In this document: positions 10,033-19,906 of the stretch, one piece after another
Position numbering within the stretch: position 1 is the stretch's first letter
Layout: each line of letters starts with the position of its first letter
Origin: an uncultured delta proteobacterium
Lineage (GTDB): Bacteria > Myxococcota_A > UBA9160 > UBA6930
Direction of reading: 5' to 3'
Length of the DNA stretch: 64,000 bases
Assembly (NCBI GenBank): GCA_963716275.1
Contig: CAVQTC010000005.1
Coordinates: 40,959 to 104,958, forward strand
Notes under the pieces: model-generated
What the model was told of the DNA's origin: nothing
The model's input: the letters and a program-made list of their open reading frames with translations, nothing else
Databases searched by the model: none
Position numbers and translations under genes: made by a program

Positions 10033-11223
10033 CTATTCCTCGGTCTCCGCGGGCTCGTCCACGAGCGGCAGCCCGGCCATGCGCCGGAAGGTGCGGTGCA
10101 TGTTGATCAGCGAGGGCTCGTTGGCGCCAAAGGTGGTGTGCGTGCGCATGCCCGCGTTGAAGTTGCGCTGCACGTTCTGGCTGACCCAGTAGTCCTCTTT
10201 GTCGACGACCGAGTAGATGAACTGGAAGTGCTCGCGACCGTAGGCGCGGCGCGCCTCGCTGTCGGCGGGCTGGCGCAGGTAGAGCGAGTAGCGCGTCACG
10301 TGCTCGCCCACGCTCGCGCCCGGGAAGAGCCGGAACAGCTCGACCTCGTCGGGCGAGATCAAGAGCGAGATGTTGGGGAAGATGTAGTACACGAAGGCAA
10401 AGTACTGGAGCGGGTCGCCCCACTCGGACTCCGGCTTGTTGGGGAGCTCTCGGACCTGCTTGTTGGGGAAGCCCACGCGATGGTGCTCGCCGTGCTTCCC
10501 GTAGCGGTCGTAGGTCATGCAGTTGGTGAGCGAGAACTGGCCGACCGTATCCGGATGCAGCGGCCCGAAGTGATATCCCTCGCAGAACGTGTCGAGGGCG
10601 AGCTTCCAGTTCGACTCGAGCTGCCAGTCCCCGCTCTGGATGTGCGTGGCTCTCCCGAGTCCCCAGGTTCCGAGCTCTCGGCCGAGCTCGCCCAGGTGCT
10701 GTTCGACGGAGAGCGGCACGTTCGGATCGGGCGACACGTAGACGAAGCCGTACTTCTCCTCGCAGGGCAGCTCGACCAGGTTGTACTGCGAGCGGTCGAC
10801 GCGCCCGAAGCTCTCGGCCTTGAAGAGACCCGTGAGCTTGCCCTCGAAGTCGTAGGACCAGGCGTGATACGGGCACACGAAGCCGCGCTTCAAGCTGCCG
10901 CAGCCCTCGACCAGGCGCGCCGAGCGGTGCGCGCACTGGTTCACGAACGCGCGCACGCGCGCGTCCTTGCCGCGCACGATCGCGATCGGGATGCCGAGGT
11001 CGTCGTGCGTGCGGAAGTCGCCGGGTCTCGCGAGGTCCGAGCTGAAGCAGACGAGCTGCGGGTAGTGGCGGAAGATGCGCTCCTTCTCGAGCGCGAACTG
11101 CTCCGGGTCGGTGTAGGTGGCGATCGGGTTGCGCCGCGCGCCGTCCGGGTGGATCGCCGTCGTGCCCGTGGTCGCGTAGTGGACCATGCGGCGCAGCACC
11201 TCGAGCAGCGACTCTCGGTCCAT
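10033..11223 (-). CDS. Rieske [2Fe-2S] non-heme-iron oxygenase, alpha subunit (alpha-only, KshA/phthalate-type size)
   Basis: The Rieske motif is CAHRSARL...CPYHAWSY and the iron motif is NWKLALDTFCEGYHFGPLH. I prefer ATG 11223 (MDRESLL), which is preceded by GGGAGGG, over the GTG at 11247 used by the track. Confidence 0.85.
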   Translation of the reverse strand: MDRESLLEVLRRMVHYATTGTTAIHPDGARRNPIATYTDPEQFALEKERIFRHYPQLVCFSSDLARPGDFRTHDDLGIPIAIVRGKDARVRAFVNQCAHRSARLVEGCGSLKRGFVCPYHAWSYDFEGKLTGLFKAESFGRVDRSQYNLVELPCEEKYGFVYVSPDPNVPLSVEQHLGELGRELGTWGLGRATHIQSGDWQLESNWKLALDTFCEGYHFGPLHPDTVGQFSLTNCMTYDRYGKHGEHHRVGFPNKQVRELPNKPESEWGDPLQYFAFVYYIFPNISLLISPDEVELFRLFPGASVGEHVTRYSLYLRQPADSEARRAYGREHFQFIYSVVDKEDYWVSQNVQRNFNAGMRTHTTFGANEPSLINMHRTFRRMAGLPLVDEPAETEE

Positions 11224-11340
11224 GGTGGCGGTCCCTCCCGCCTCCACTTTATCACGTTTAAATTGGGGAGTTCGTTCACGAAATACGAGGGACCGGAAGC
11301 GGACGCCTCCGGACGGCCTGGGGTCCTCGGCGGCGGCGGC

Positions 11341-12099
11341 TCAGACGGCGGTCAGCCCCGCGTCGATGGCGATCTCGCTGCCGTTCAGGTGGCGGGATTC
11401 GTCGCTCGCGAGGAAGAGCGCGAGGTTGGCGACGTCCTCGGGCTGGCCGCCCGGGCCGCCGGCGAGCTTCGCCATCAGCGCCTGGGTGGTGGGGCCAGCG
11501 CCGTCGAGGGCGCCCGGGAGGCCCCGCACCATGGGCGTGTCCATGCCGCCCGGGTGGATGGAGTTGCAGCGCACCGGGTAGCCGAGCTGGAGGCAGTGCG
11601 CGGCGACGGTCTTGGTGAGGAGCCGCACGGCGCCCTTGCTCGCGCTGTAGGCCGCGAAGGGCGGCGTGCCGACCAGGCCCGCCGTGGAGGAGAGGTTCAC
11701 GATCGAGCCGCCGCGCTCCTTCATCGCGAGCAGCGCGAACTTGCAGCCGAGGAACACGCCCTCGACGTTCACCGCGAGCACGCGGCGCAGCTCCTCGAGC
11801 GTCGTGTCCTCGATCGAGCGCGCCACCACGATGCCGGCGTTGTTCACGAGCACCGAGAGCGGCCCGAGCTCGCGCTGGGCGTCCGCGATCACGCGCTGCC
11901 AGTCGTCCTCGCTGCGCACGTCGAGGCGCGCCGCGCGCGCGCTCGCGCCGAGCTCGGCCGCGAGCTCCTTCGCGCCGGGCTCGTTCACGTCGGCGCACAC
12001 CACCCGCGCGCCCTCGCGCGCGAGCGCTCGCGCGGTGGCCCGGCCCAGGCCCGACGCCGCTCCCGTCACGATCGCGACCTTGCCGCTCACGCGTCCCAT
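11341..12099 (-). CDS. SDR-family oxidoreductase
   Basis: These are the last 252 aa of ORF 11341..13254, starting at ATG 12097-12099. They contain VTGAASGLG, NNAG and YSASKGA. Confidence 0.85.
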   Translation of the reverse strand: MGRVSGKVAIVTGAASGLGRATARALAREGARVVCADVNEPGAKELAAELGASARAARLDVRSEDDWQRVIADAQRELGPLSVLVNNAGIVVARSIEDTTLEELRRVLAVNVEGVFLGCKFALLAMKERGGSIVNLSSTAGLVGTPPFAAYSASKGAVRLLTKTVAAHCLQLGYPVRCNSIHPGGMDTPMVRGLPGALDGAGPTTQALMAKLAGGPGGQPEDVANLALFLASDESRHLNGSEIAIDAGLTAV

Positions 12100-12162
12100 C
12101 GGCCGCGCAGGGTAGGGGGCCGGTGAGCGCGCCCGCCAGAGGCTCGGGCATACTGCGGCGCC

Positions 12163-13323
12163 ATGGTTCACCGCCCCGCGCGAGGATCGGGCCCGCGACG
12201 CCACGGGGGCGAGGTGCCGCAGCTCTCCGGCATCCCGCCCGCGACGCTCTCCGCCGAGGTCTACCGCGACCCGGCGCGCTACGAGCTCGAGCGCGAGCGC
12301 GTGCTGCGGCGGAGCTGGCTGATCGCCGGGCGCAGCGACGAGATCCCGCGGGCCGGCGACCACCTGCTCTACGAGGGCCACGGCGAGACGGTCGTGGTCG
12401 TGCGCCAGCCCGGCGGGAGCGCGCGGGCCTTCCACAACGTCTGCCAGCACCGCGGCGCGCGCATCGCGCGGGCGTGCGGCCGCGGCGCCAGCAAGTTCGT
12501 GTGCCCCTGGCACGGCTGGACCTACGACACGGACGGTCGCCTGGCCGGCGTCCCCGATCGCCGCGATTTCGCGGCCTCCCAGCTCGCGGGCCTGCGCGCA
12601 CCGGCGGTCGCCGTCGAGGAGTGGGCGGGCTGGATCTGGATCTTCCTGACGGCCGACGAGGCCCCGCCGCTCTCCGCATGGCTGGGCGAGATGCAGACCG
12701 AGCTCGCCGCTTACCGCATGGAGGAGATGTTCGTCTTCGAGAGAGCGGTCTACGACGTGCCTTGCAACTACAAGGCGATCGTCGACGGCTTCAATGAGGC
12801 CTACCACATCGCCGAGCTCCACAAGGTGCCCGGCGAGGTGGTGCGCGCGAGCCGCGAGACTTCTTACGCAGCGCTCGGCCGCCACAGCCTGATGATCGTG
12901 CCGCTCGACCCGTCCACGCTCGCGCAGCTCCAGGCGACGGGCGACCACCAAGGCACCGTCACCTGCCACTACGCGCTCTTCCCGAACGCGGTGTTCAACA
13001 ACCTGCCCGAGCACCTGCAGCTCTTCCAGCCCATTCCGACCGGGCCCCACAGCTCGCGCTTCGTGTGCTGGGAGCTCCAGTACAAGGACGGCGACGCCGC
13101 CTACCGCAAGTACGTCGAGACCGCCTGGGGCTTCCTCAAGCAGGTGGTCGAGCAGGACGTGTTCGTCTTCAACGAGCTCTCCGCCACGCGCGAGTCGATG
13201 GGCTACATCGCGAATCGCTTCAGCGAGCGCGAGTGCAAGCCGACCGCTTATCACGAGGAGATGGCGCGCCTGCTCGGCTCCGGGGCCCCGCAGCGCATTG
13301 CGAAGGGAGACCCGCTCCGATGA
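12163..13323 (+). CDS. Rieske [2Fe-2S] non-heme-iron oxygenase, alpha subunit (second paralog)
   Basis: Intact 386-aa ORF with CQHRGARI...CPWHGWTY and NYKAIVDGFNEAYHIAELH. Its stop overlaps the next start (ATGA at 13320-13323). Confidence 0.85.
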   Translation: MVHRPARGSGPRRHGGEVPQLSGIPPATLSAEVYRDPARYELERERVLRRSWLIAGRSDEIPRAGDHLLYEGHGETVVVVRQPGGSARAFHNVCQHRGARIARACGRGASKFVCPWHGWTYDTDGRLAGVPDRRDFAASQLAGLRAPAVAVEEWAGWIWIFLTADEAPPLSAWLGEMQTELAAYRMEEMFVFERAVYDVPCNYKAIVDGFNEAYHIAELHKVPGEVVRASRETSYAALGRHSLMIVPLDPSTLAQLQATGDHQGTVTCHYALFPNAVFNNLPEHLQLFQPIPTGPHSSRFVCWELQYKDGDAAYRKYVETAWGFLKQVVEQDVFVFNELSATRESMGYIANRFSERECKPTAYHEEMARLLGSGAPQRIAKGDPLR

Positions 13324-14960
13324 CGATGCAGCGCACGCCCTTGATCCTCTCGCGCATCCTGGAGCGCGGGGCCCGCGTCGCGCCCAACGAGCAGGTCGTC
13401 ACCAAATTCCCCAACGGCTTGCACCGCCAGACCCTCGCGCAGACGCGCGCCCGCGCCGCCCAGCTCGCCAACGCCCTCGCGGCCGATGGCGTTCGCGGCG
13501 GCGAGCGCGTGGCGAGCCTGCTCTGGAACAACCACCGCCACCTGGAGATGTATCAGGCCCTCCCGAGCATGGGCTGCGTGCTCCACACGCTGAACCTCCG
13601 TCTCGCGGTGGGCGAGCTCCAGTACATCATCAACCACGCCGAGGACGCGGTGATCGTGGTCGACCAGAGCCTGCTCGCGACCCTCGAGCAGCTCGCCGGC
13701 AAGCTTCCCAGCGTGCGGCGCGTGATCGTCGCCGCCGAGCCGGGCGCCGGGCCCTGGCAGTCGAGCCTGCCGGGCGCGGTGGACTACGAGCAGTTCATCG
13801 CCTCGCAGTCGCGCGAGATCGAGTGGCCCGAGCTCGACGAGAACGCGCCGATGGGCCTTTGCTACACGAGCGGCACGACCGGCGATCCCAAGGGCGTGCT
13901 GTACACGCACCGCTCCACGTACTTGCACACGCTGGCGCAGTGCATGACGGACTCGATGAATCTCTCGTCCCAGGACGCGCTGCTCCAGATCGTGCCGATG
14001 TTCCACGCGATGGGCTGGGGGGCGCCCTTCAGCACGCTCACGCTCGGCGCAAAGGTCGTGCTGCCCCACCGCTTCATGGATCCGAAGAGCCTGGTCGAGC
14101 TGATGGCGGGCGAGGAGATCACGATCTCGCTGGGCGTCCCCACCATCTGGCAGGGCGTCCGGGCGCTGCTCGAGCAGTGCCCCGGCCAGTACGACCTGCG
14201 CGCTCTGACGCGCGTCACTTGCGGCGGGTCGGCGCCGCCGGTCTCCTTGATCCGCTGGTATTGGGACACGCTGGGCGTCGAGATGATCCAGGGCTGGGGC
14301 ATGACCGAGACCAACCCGCTCGTCACCGTCTCGCGCCGCGTCGCGAAGCGCGGCCAGCGCAGAGCCCTCGCCGAGGAGCATCTCGCCAATCAGGCGAAGG
14401 CCGGCCAGGTGATCCCCGGCATCGACGTCGCGATCATGGACGAGCAGTGGAACCCGCTCCCCCACGACGGCAAGTCGGTGGGCGAGGTGGTGGTGCGCGG
14501 CCCCTGGATCTGCTCGGCGTACTACAAGAACCCGCAGCCCACGAAGTTCCACGACGGCTGGCTCGTGACGGGCGACGTCGGCATGATCGATCCCGAGGAG
14601 TACCTGATCATCACGGACCGCTCGAAGGACCTGATCAAGTCCGGGGGCGAGTGGATCAGCTCGGTGGATCTCGAGAACCACATCGTCGGCCTCGCCGGCG
14701 TGGCCCAGGCCGCGGTGGTGGGGGTGGCGCACCCGAAGTGGGACGAGCGGCCCGTGGCGCTCGTGGTGCGCGCAACCGGGAGCGCACTCAGCGCCGCCCA
14801 GGTGCTCGCCCACTGCGAGGGCCGCTTCGCCAAGTGGCAGCTCCCGGACGACGTGCTGTTCCGGGACGCGATTCCCCTCACCTCGACTGGCAAGATCGAC
14901 AAGAAGGCGATTCGCGCGGCCTTGGCCGTCGAGCACTACCGGCTCCCCGACCAGCGCTGA
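13320..14960 (+). CDS. Acyl-CoA synthetase (AMP-forming, long/medium-chain type)
   Basis: Starts at ATG 13320 (MTMQRTPLI) inside ORF 13065..14960. Motifs are CYTSGTTGDPKGVLYTH, GWGMTET, ITDRSKDLIKSGGEWISS and TSTGKIDKK. Confidence 0.88.
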   Translation: MTMQRTPLILSRILERGARVAPNEQVVTKFPNGLHRQTLAQTRARAAQLANALAADGVRGGERVASLLWNNHRHLEMYQALPSMGCVLHTLNLRLAVGELQYIINHAEDAVIVVDQSLLATLEQLAGKLPSVRRVIVAAEPGAGPWQSSLPGAVDYEQFIASQSREIEWPELDENAPMGLCYTSGTTGDPKGVLYTHRSTYLHTLAQCMTDSMNLSSQDALLQIVPMFHAMGWGAPFSTLTLGAKVVLPHRFMDPKSLVELMAGEEITISLGVPTIWQGVRALLEQCPGQYDLRALTRVTCGGSAPPVSLIRWYWDTLGVEMIQGWGMTETNPLVTVSRRVAKRGQRRALAEEHLANQAKAGQVIPGIDVAIMDEQWNPLPHDGKSVGEVVVRGPWICSAYYKNPQPTKFHDGWLVTGDVGMIDPEEYLIITDRSKDLIKSGGEWISSVDLENHIVGLAGVAQAAVVGVAHPKWDERPVALVVRATGSALSAAQVLAHCEGRFAKWQLPDDVLFRDAIPLTSTGKIDKKAIRAALAVEHYRLPDQR

Positions 14961-15014
14961 GCCGCCAAGTCGCCCCCCCGTCCTGCCGATGCACGACGCG
15001 AAGGAGGGAGAGCC

Positions 15015-15467
15015 ATGCGCAGCCTTCGCCGCGAGCTCGCGCTCGCGCTGCTCGTCGCACTCGGCGTCGAGTCGAGCGCGTGCGGGACGCTGATCTATCC
15101 GGAGCGCCGCGGACAGCGCTCGGGCCGCATCGACCCCGGCGTGGCGGTGATGGATGGCATCGGGCTCTTGCTCTTCATCATCCCGGGCATGGTCGCCTTC
15201 GCCATCGACTTCTCGACCGGCGCCATCTACCTGCCGAGCGGCCGCCGCGGGGAGGTGGAGCGCGTGCCCTTCGCTGGCGACGATCTCGCGGGCGCCCTCG
15301 CGGCCGTCGAGGCGCGCACGGGCGTCGACGTGGCCGAGCACCACGGCGATGCCTGGGTCGTGCCCCTCGAGGACGCGGACGCCGCACGCGGCGCGCTCGC
15401 CGCCTTGGCCTCGGATCCCACGGCCGCGCTGCCCGCCGGCGCCCGTCGCTGGGAGAAGGTCCGCTAG
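15015..15467 (+). CDS. Putative lipoprotein, unknown function
   Basis: 150-aa ORF with a signal peptide and a lipobox-like LGVESSAC, followed by one hydrophobic hairpin (GIGLLLFIIPGMVAFAIDF). Confidence 0.55.
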   Translation: MRSLRRELALALLVALGVESSACGTLIYPERRGQRSGRIDPGVAVMDGIGLLLFIIPGMVAFAIDFSTGAIYLPSGRRGEVERVPFAGDDLAGALAAVEARTGVDVAEHHGDAWVVPLEDADAARGALAALASDPTAALPAGARRWEKVR

Positions 15468-15518
15468 CGGCGGGGGCGTGCTCGCCAGCGATATGCTGCG
15501 CCTCCCCAGGGAGGCGCC

Positions 15519-16734
15519 TTGCCCGACCATCCGACGAATCCGAGCGTCCGGCTGCTCGATCGCTTCTTCTATCTCGACCCGCACCCGCACTTCCGCTGGC
15601 TGCGCGAGCACGCCCCGGTCTACTGGGACGCGAGCTCCGACGGAGGCATCTGGGGCGTCGCCCGCTACGACGACGTGCTCGCGGTCTCGCGCCAGCCGGA
15701 GCTCTTCTGCTCGGGCCAGAGCTCGCGGCCCGAGCGCGGCTCCTGGATCCCGTCGATGATCAACCTCGACGATCCGCTCCACAAGCGCCGCCGCAACCTC
15801 GTGAACCGCGGCTTCACGCCTCGCCGCGTCGAGGCCCACGAGCCGATGCTGCGCAAGCTGACGGGCGAGCTGATCGACGCGGTCGCCCCGCGCGGCGAGT
15901 GCGACTTCGTGCGCGACATCGCGCGCTGGATCCCGATGGTCGTGATCGGCGACATGCTCGGCGTGGAGCCGCGAGGATCGCGAGCGGCTCCTGGTCTGGT
16001 CGGACGAGATGCTGGGCGGCGGCGAGGCGCAGCACATCGCCGACGAGGAGGCGCGGCGCGCGCACCAGCGCGTGATCGCGACCGAGTACATGACCTACGC
16101 CGCCCGGGTGATCGCGGATCGGCGCGCGCGGCCGCGCGACGATCTGATGAGCATCCTCGCCCACGGCGAGGTCGACGGCGATCGCATGACGGACGAGGAG
16201 ATCCTGCAGGAGAGTCTGCTGATCCTGATCGGCGGCGACGAGACCACGCGCCACGTGATGACGGGCGGCCTGCTCGAGCTCCTGCGCCGCCCCGCGCAGA
16301 AGCGGCGCCTGCTCGAGAACCCGGGCCTCGTCCCGAGCGCCGTCGAGGAGATGCTGCGCTGGGTGAGCCCGATCCAGAACATGAATCGCACCGCTACGCA
16401 GGACACCCTGCTGCGCGGCCAGCAGATCCGCGCGGGCGACCGCCTGCTGCTGCTCTACCCCTCGGCGAACCGCGACCCCGCAGCCTTCCCAGAGCCCGAC
16501 GAGTTCGACGTGGCGCGCGAGCCCAATCGCCACGTCGCCTTCGGCGGCTACGGCACCCACCACTGCCTCGGCGCGAGCCTCGCGCGGCTCGAGCTGCGCG
16601 TGCTCCTCGAGGAGCTCTTGCGCCGTCTCCCGGATCTCGAGCTGGCCGAGGGCGAGCTGCCCGTGCGGCCCGGGAACTTCATCGTGGGCCTCGAGCGGAT
16701 GAGGCTGCGCTTCTCACCCGGGGGCGCCTCGTGA
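15519..16734 (+). pseudogene. Cytochrome P450; one frame disruption; TTG start
   Basis: The N-terminal 151 aa are in ORF 15519..17495 and the rest is in ORF 16009..16734. Motifs are the I-helix GGDETT, EMLRW, and the heme loop FGGYGTHHCLGASLA. The span is 1216 nt (3n+1), with the shift near 15972. Confidence 0.82.
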
Positions 16735-17495
16735 GCGCGCTCGAGACCGTCGCCTATCGCGTGGACGGACAGGTCGCGCGCATCCAGATGAACCGCCCCA
16801 ACAAGCGCAACGCGCTCGATCACCAGCTGCTCGACGACCTCGCGGCGGCCTTCGACGCCGCGGAGGCGGACCCCGCCGTGCGCGTCGCCGTGCTCTCGGG
16901 AGCCGGCCCCTCGTTCTGCGCGGGCTACGACCTCGCGGGCAGCTACTACACGAGCGCGCCCGAGGAAGGCTGGACCGTGCCCAGCGCGCTGCTCCGGCTG
17001 CGCGACATCGAGGCCCGCTACCAGCGCATCTGGAACTTCCCGAAGCCGACGATCGCGCGCGTGCACGGCCACGCGCTCGCGGGCGGCTGCTATCTGCAGC
17101 TGCTCTGTGACATCTCGGTCGCCGCGCTCGACGCCAAGCTCGGCCACCCCGCCGTGAAGATGGGCGGCGTGAGCAGCATGCCGCTCTGGCAGGTGATCCT
17201 CGGCGTGCGCGCCGCCCGCTACCTGCTCCTCACCGGTCGCATCGTGGACGGCGCCGAAGCCGAGCGCATGGGCCTGGTGACGCTGGCCGTGCCCGAGGCC
17301 GACCTCGACCGCGTCGTCGACGCAGTCGCGGCCGACGTCTGCGCGGTGCCGCCCGAGGGCCAGCTCCACCACAAGGAGGCCCTCAACACTGCCCTCGAGA
17401 TCCAGGGGGTCGGCGCGCTCTTCCGTTACCACGGCCAGATGAACGCGCTGGGCCGGCTCGGCCGGGCCTCGCCTTACCGGCCTCGCCCGAGCTGA
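16731..17495 (+). CDS. Enoyl-CoA hydratase/isomerase (crotonase) family
   Basis: These are the last 254 aa of ORF 15519..17495, starting at GTG 16731 (GTGA overlap with the P450 stop). They contain SFCAGYDL and GHALAGG. Confidence 0.8.
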   Translation: MSALETVAYRVDGQVARIQMNRPNKRNALDHQLLDDLAAAFDAAEADPAVRVAVLSGAGPSFCAGYDLAGSYYTSAPEEGWTVPSALLRLRDIEARYQRIWNFPKPTIARVHGHALAGGCYLQLLCDISVAALDAKLGHPAVKMGGVSSMPLWQVILGVRAARYLLLTGRIVDGAEAERMGLVTLAVPEADLDRVVDAVAADVCAVPPEGQLHHKEALNTALEIQGVGALFRYHGQMNALGRLGRASPYRPRPS

Positions 17496-17576
17496 TCCCC
17501 GGTCTGCAATGTAAGTTTGCGTATTGAAAGTGCCGGATTGGTTGCGCATAATTGAGAACAGCTCGGGAGGGCTTCG
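17496..17576 (+). promoter_or_regulatory. AT-rich promoter island upstream of the BVMO gene
   Basis: The local AT content is far above the window background. It contains GTTTGCGTAT (17515-17524) and TTGCGCATAA (17542-17551), with GGGAGGG before the ATG. Confidence 0.45.
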
Positions 17577-19409
17577 ATGGCCGCCGTGACACGGGACGAA
17601 CGGGAGACGCTGGGCTTCGATCCGGACGCGCTGCGCGACAAGTACCGGCAGGAGCGCGACAAGCGCCTGCGCCCGCGACGGCGACGAGCCAGTACTTCGA
17701 GGTCTCGGGCGAGTTCGCGCACTTCGTCGAACGACCCGTACGTCGAGCCCGGCTTCGCGCGCGCTCCGCTCACGGACGAGATCGACGTCGCCATCATCGG
17801 CGGCGGCTTCAGCGGGCTGCTCGCCGGCGCGCGCTTCCGCGAGGCCGGCATCCGACGACCTCCGCATCATCGAGGCGGGCGGCGACTTCGGCGGCACCTG
17901 GTACTGGAACCGCTACCCGGGCGCGCAGTGCGACATCGAGTCGTACTGCTACCTGCCGCTGCTCGAGGAGCTCGGCTACATGCCGAAGGAGAAGTACTCC
18001 TTCGCGCCCGAGATCTACGAGCACTCGCAGCGCATCGCCAAGCACTTCGGGCTCTACGACATCGCCTGCTTCCAGACGCGCGTGACGGAGCTGCGTTGGG
18101 ACGAGGCCGAGCGCGCGCTGGATCGTCTCGACGGACCGCGGCGACGCGATGCAGCGCGCGCTTCGTCGTGATGGCGACCGGCCCCGCGAACCGGCCGAAG
18201 CTGCCGGGCATCCCCGGCATCGAGGAGTTCGAGGGCCACACCTTCCACACCAGCCGCTGGGACTACGACTACACGGGCGGCGACCACAGCGGCGGACCTG
18301 CACGAAGCTCGCCGACAAGCGCGTGGCCATCATCGGCACCGGCGCGACGGCGATCCAGTGCGTGCCGCACGTCGGCGCGCACGCGAAGCAGCTCTACGTC
18401 TTCCAGCGCACGCCGTCGTCGGTGGACGTGCGCGGCAACAAGCCGACGGATCGCGAGTGGGCGCAGACGCTGAAGCCCGGCTGGCAGCGCGCGCGGCGCG
18501 AGAACTTCAACGACGTCGTGACGGGTCAGCCCTTCGAGGAGGACCTCGTGACCGACGGCTGGACCGACATCTTCCGCAATCTGCAGTCCATGACCCCACT
18601 CAGCGAGCAGACCGGGCAGGTGGCGATGGAGGAGGCGGAGCGGCGCGCCGAGATCGCCGACTTCCAGAAGATGAACGAGATCCGCGCGCGCGTGGACGCG
18701 ACGGTGAAGAACCCGCGCGCCGCCGACGCGCTGAAGCCCTGGTACCGGCAGTTCTGCAAGCGGCCGACCTTCAACGACGAGTACCTGCCGACCTTCAACC
18801 GCCCGAACGTCGAGCTCGTCGACACGAGCGCGAGCGGCGGGGTCGAGCGCATCACGAAGCGCGGCGTGGTGGCGAACGGCGTCGAGTACCCGGTCGACTG
18901 CATCATCTTCGCCACCGGCTTCGAGATCACGAGCGCGCCGAAGCGGCGCATGGGCATCGAGATCTACGGGCGCGACGGCAAGTCGCTCTGGCGACTACTG
19001 GGCGAAGGGTCTGCGCACGCTGCACGGCTACGCGAGCCACGGCTTCCCGAACTGGTTCTTCATCGGGATCGGGCAGAACGGCCTCTCGGTGAACATGACC
19101 TCGATGTTCGACGATCAGGCGCGGCACGTCGCCTACATCGTTCGCGAGGTGACGGCGCGCGGCGCGAAGCGCGTGCAGCCGACCGCCGCGGCCGAGGCCG
19201 ACGTGGGTCTCGACGGTGCGCAGCCTCGCGCGCCTCAACCGCGGCGTTCTCCGAGGCGTGCACGCCGGGCTACTACAACAACGAGGGCGAGATCGACACG
19301 CCCGGGTCGCTGAGCTCCGAGGCCTACGCGCCGGGCGCCAACGCCTTCAACGCGATGCTGGAGAAGTGGCGCGCGGACGGCCGGCTCGAGGGCCTCGAGC
19401 TGCGGCTAA
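17577..19409 (+). pseudogene. Baeyer-Villiger (flavin, type I) monooxygenase; about a dozen frame changes
   Basis: Conserved pieces are scattered over all three plus frames (ORFs 17577, 17552, 17980, 18149, 19089 and 19216). They include IIGGGFSG (FAD), [19 protein letters not shown], the fingerprint [23 protein letters not shown] (NADP), CIIFATGFE and ACTPGYYNNEGE...EKWRADGRLEGLEL. Approximate shift sites are 17676, 17689, 17731, 17853, 18115, 18155, 18295 (x2), 18989, 19203, 19245 and 19406. A TAA at 19407-19409 would close the repaired frame. Confidence 0.75.
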
Positions 19410-19834
19410 CGCCAGTCGTCGGGGCCGGGCGGGTCCATCTTCGGGTGGCGGCTCGGGAGGGGCGGCTCCGCCGAGCGCGTCCAGAAGACGCCGGTGTGGC
19501 CGTTGTCGACCTGGCGCACGCGCACGCGTGCCGGGTCGAGCGTGGGGATCAAGCGCGCATTGATGGCGTAGATGCGCGGCGACGTCTCATCGAGCGCCGC
19601 CGAGTGGGTGACGCAGCCGCACCCCCGGCAGCGATGGAAGGCGAGCATCCGGTCCCCCCAGACGTAGGTGTCGGTTGCCTCCGCTCCTTGCACGATGCGC
19701 GCATCTCCGGGCTCGGGGTACGTCCAGAGCCCGCCGTAGCGCCGGCAGAGCGTGCAGTTGCAGTCGAGAACCCAGTCGGGGGAGCGCGCCAGCTCCATCC
19801 GCACGGAAGTACAGTGGCAGGCCGCTCGGACCAT
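19406..19834 (-). CDS. GFA/CENP-V family zinc protein (glutathione-dependent formaldehyde-activating-like)
   Basis: These are the last 142 aa of ORF 19406..20551, starting at ATG 19832-19834. Cys clusters are present: CHC, CNCTLC and CRGCGC. Confidence 0.7.
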   Translation of the reverse strand: MVRAACHCTSVRMELARSPDWVLDCNCTLCRRYGGLWTYPEPGDARIVQGAEATDTYVWGDRMLAFHRCRGCGCVTHSAALDETSPRIYAINARLIPTLDPARVRVRQVDNGHTGVFWTRSAEPPLPSRHPKMDPPGPDDWR

Positions 19835-19906
19835 GGCGGAACCTCGACGGTCGAGTCTACCCCGCGCCGCAGTGGAGTAGGCTCCCGAGAGAGTGGAGGC
19901 GCTGCG

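Noticed and set aside
11224-11247. The GTG start at 11247 for the first Rieske oxygenase
   Set aside because: The ATG at 11223 is preceded by GGGAGGG at proper spacing. The GTG codon itself forms part of that SD-like stretch.
13251-16091. A 946-aa minus-strand ORF, and the 925-aa plus-strand ORF 13298..16075
   Set aside because: Both are Arg/Ala/Asp-rich with no recognisable motifs. They overlap well-supported genes (acyl-CoA synthetase, lipoprotein, P450) in other frames.
17577-19409. Programmed ribosomal frameshifting, or introns/inteins, as an explanation for the BVMO frame changes
   Set aside because: There are far too many events (about 12). I saw no slippery heptamers at the junctions. 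No sequence is inserted between the conserved blocks.
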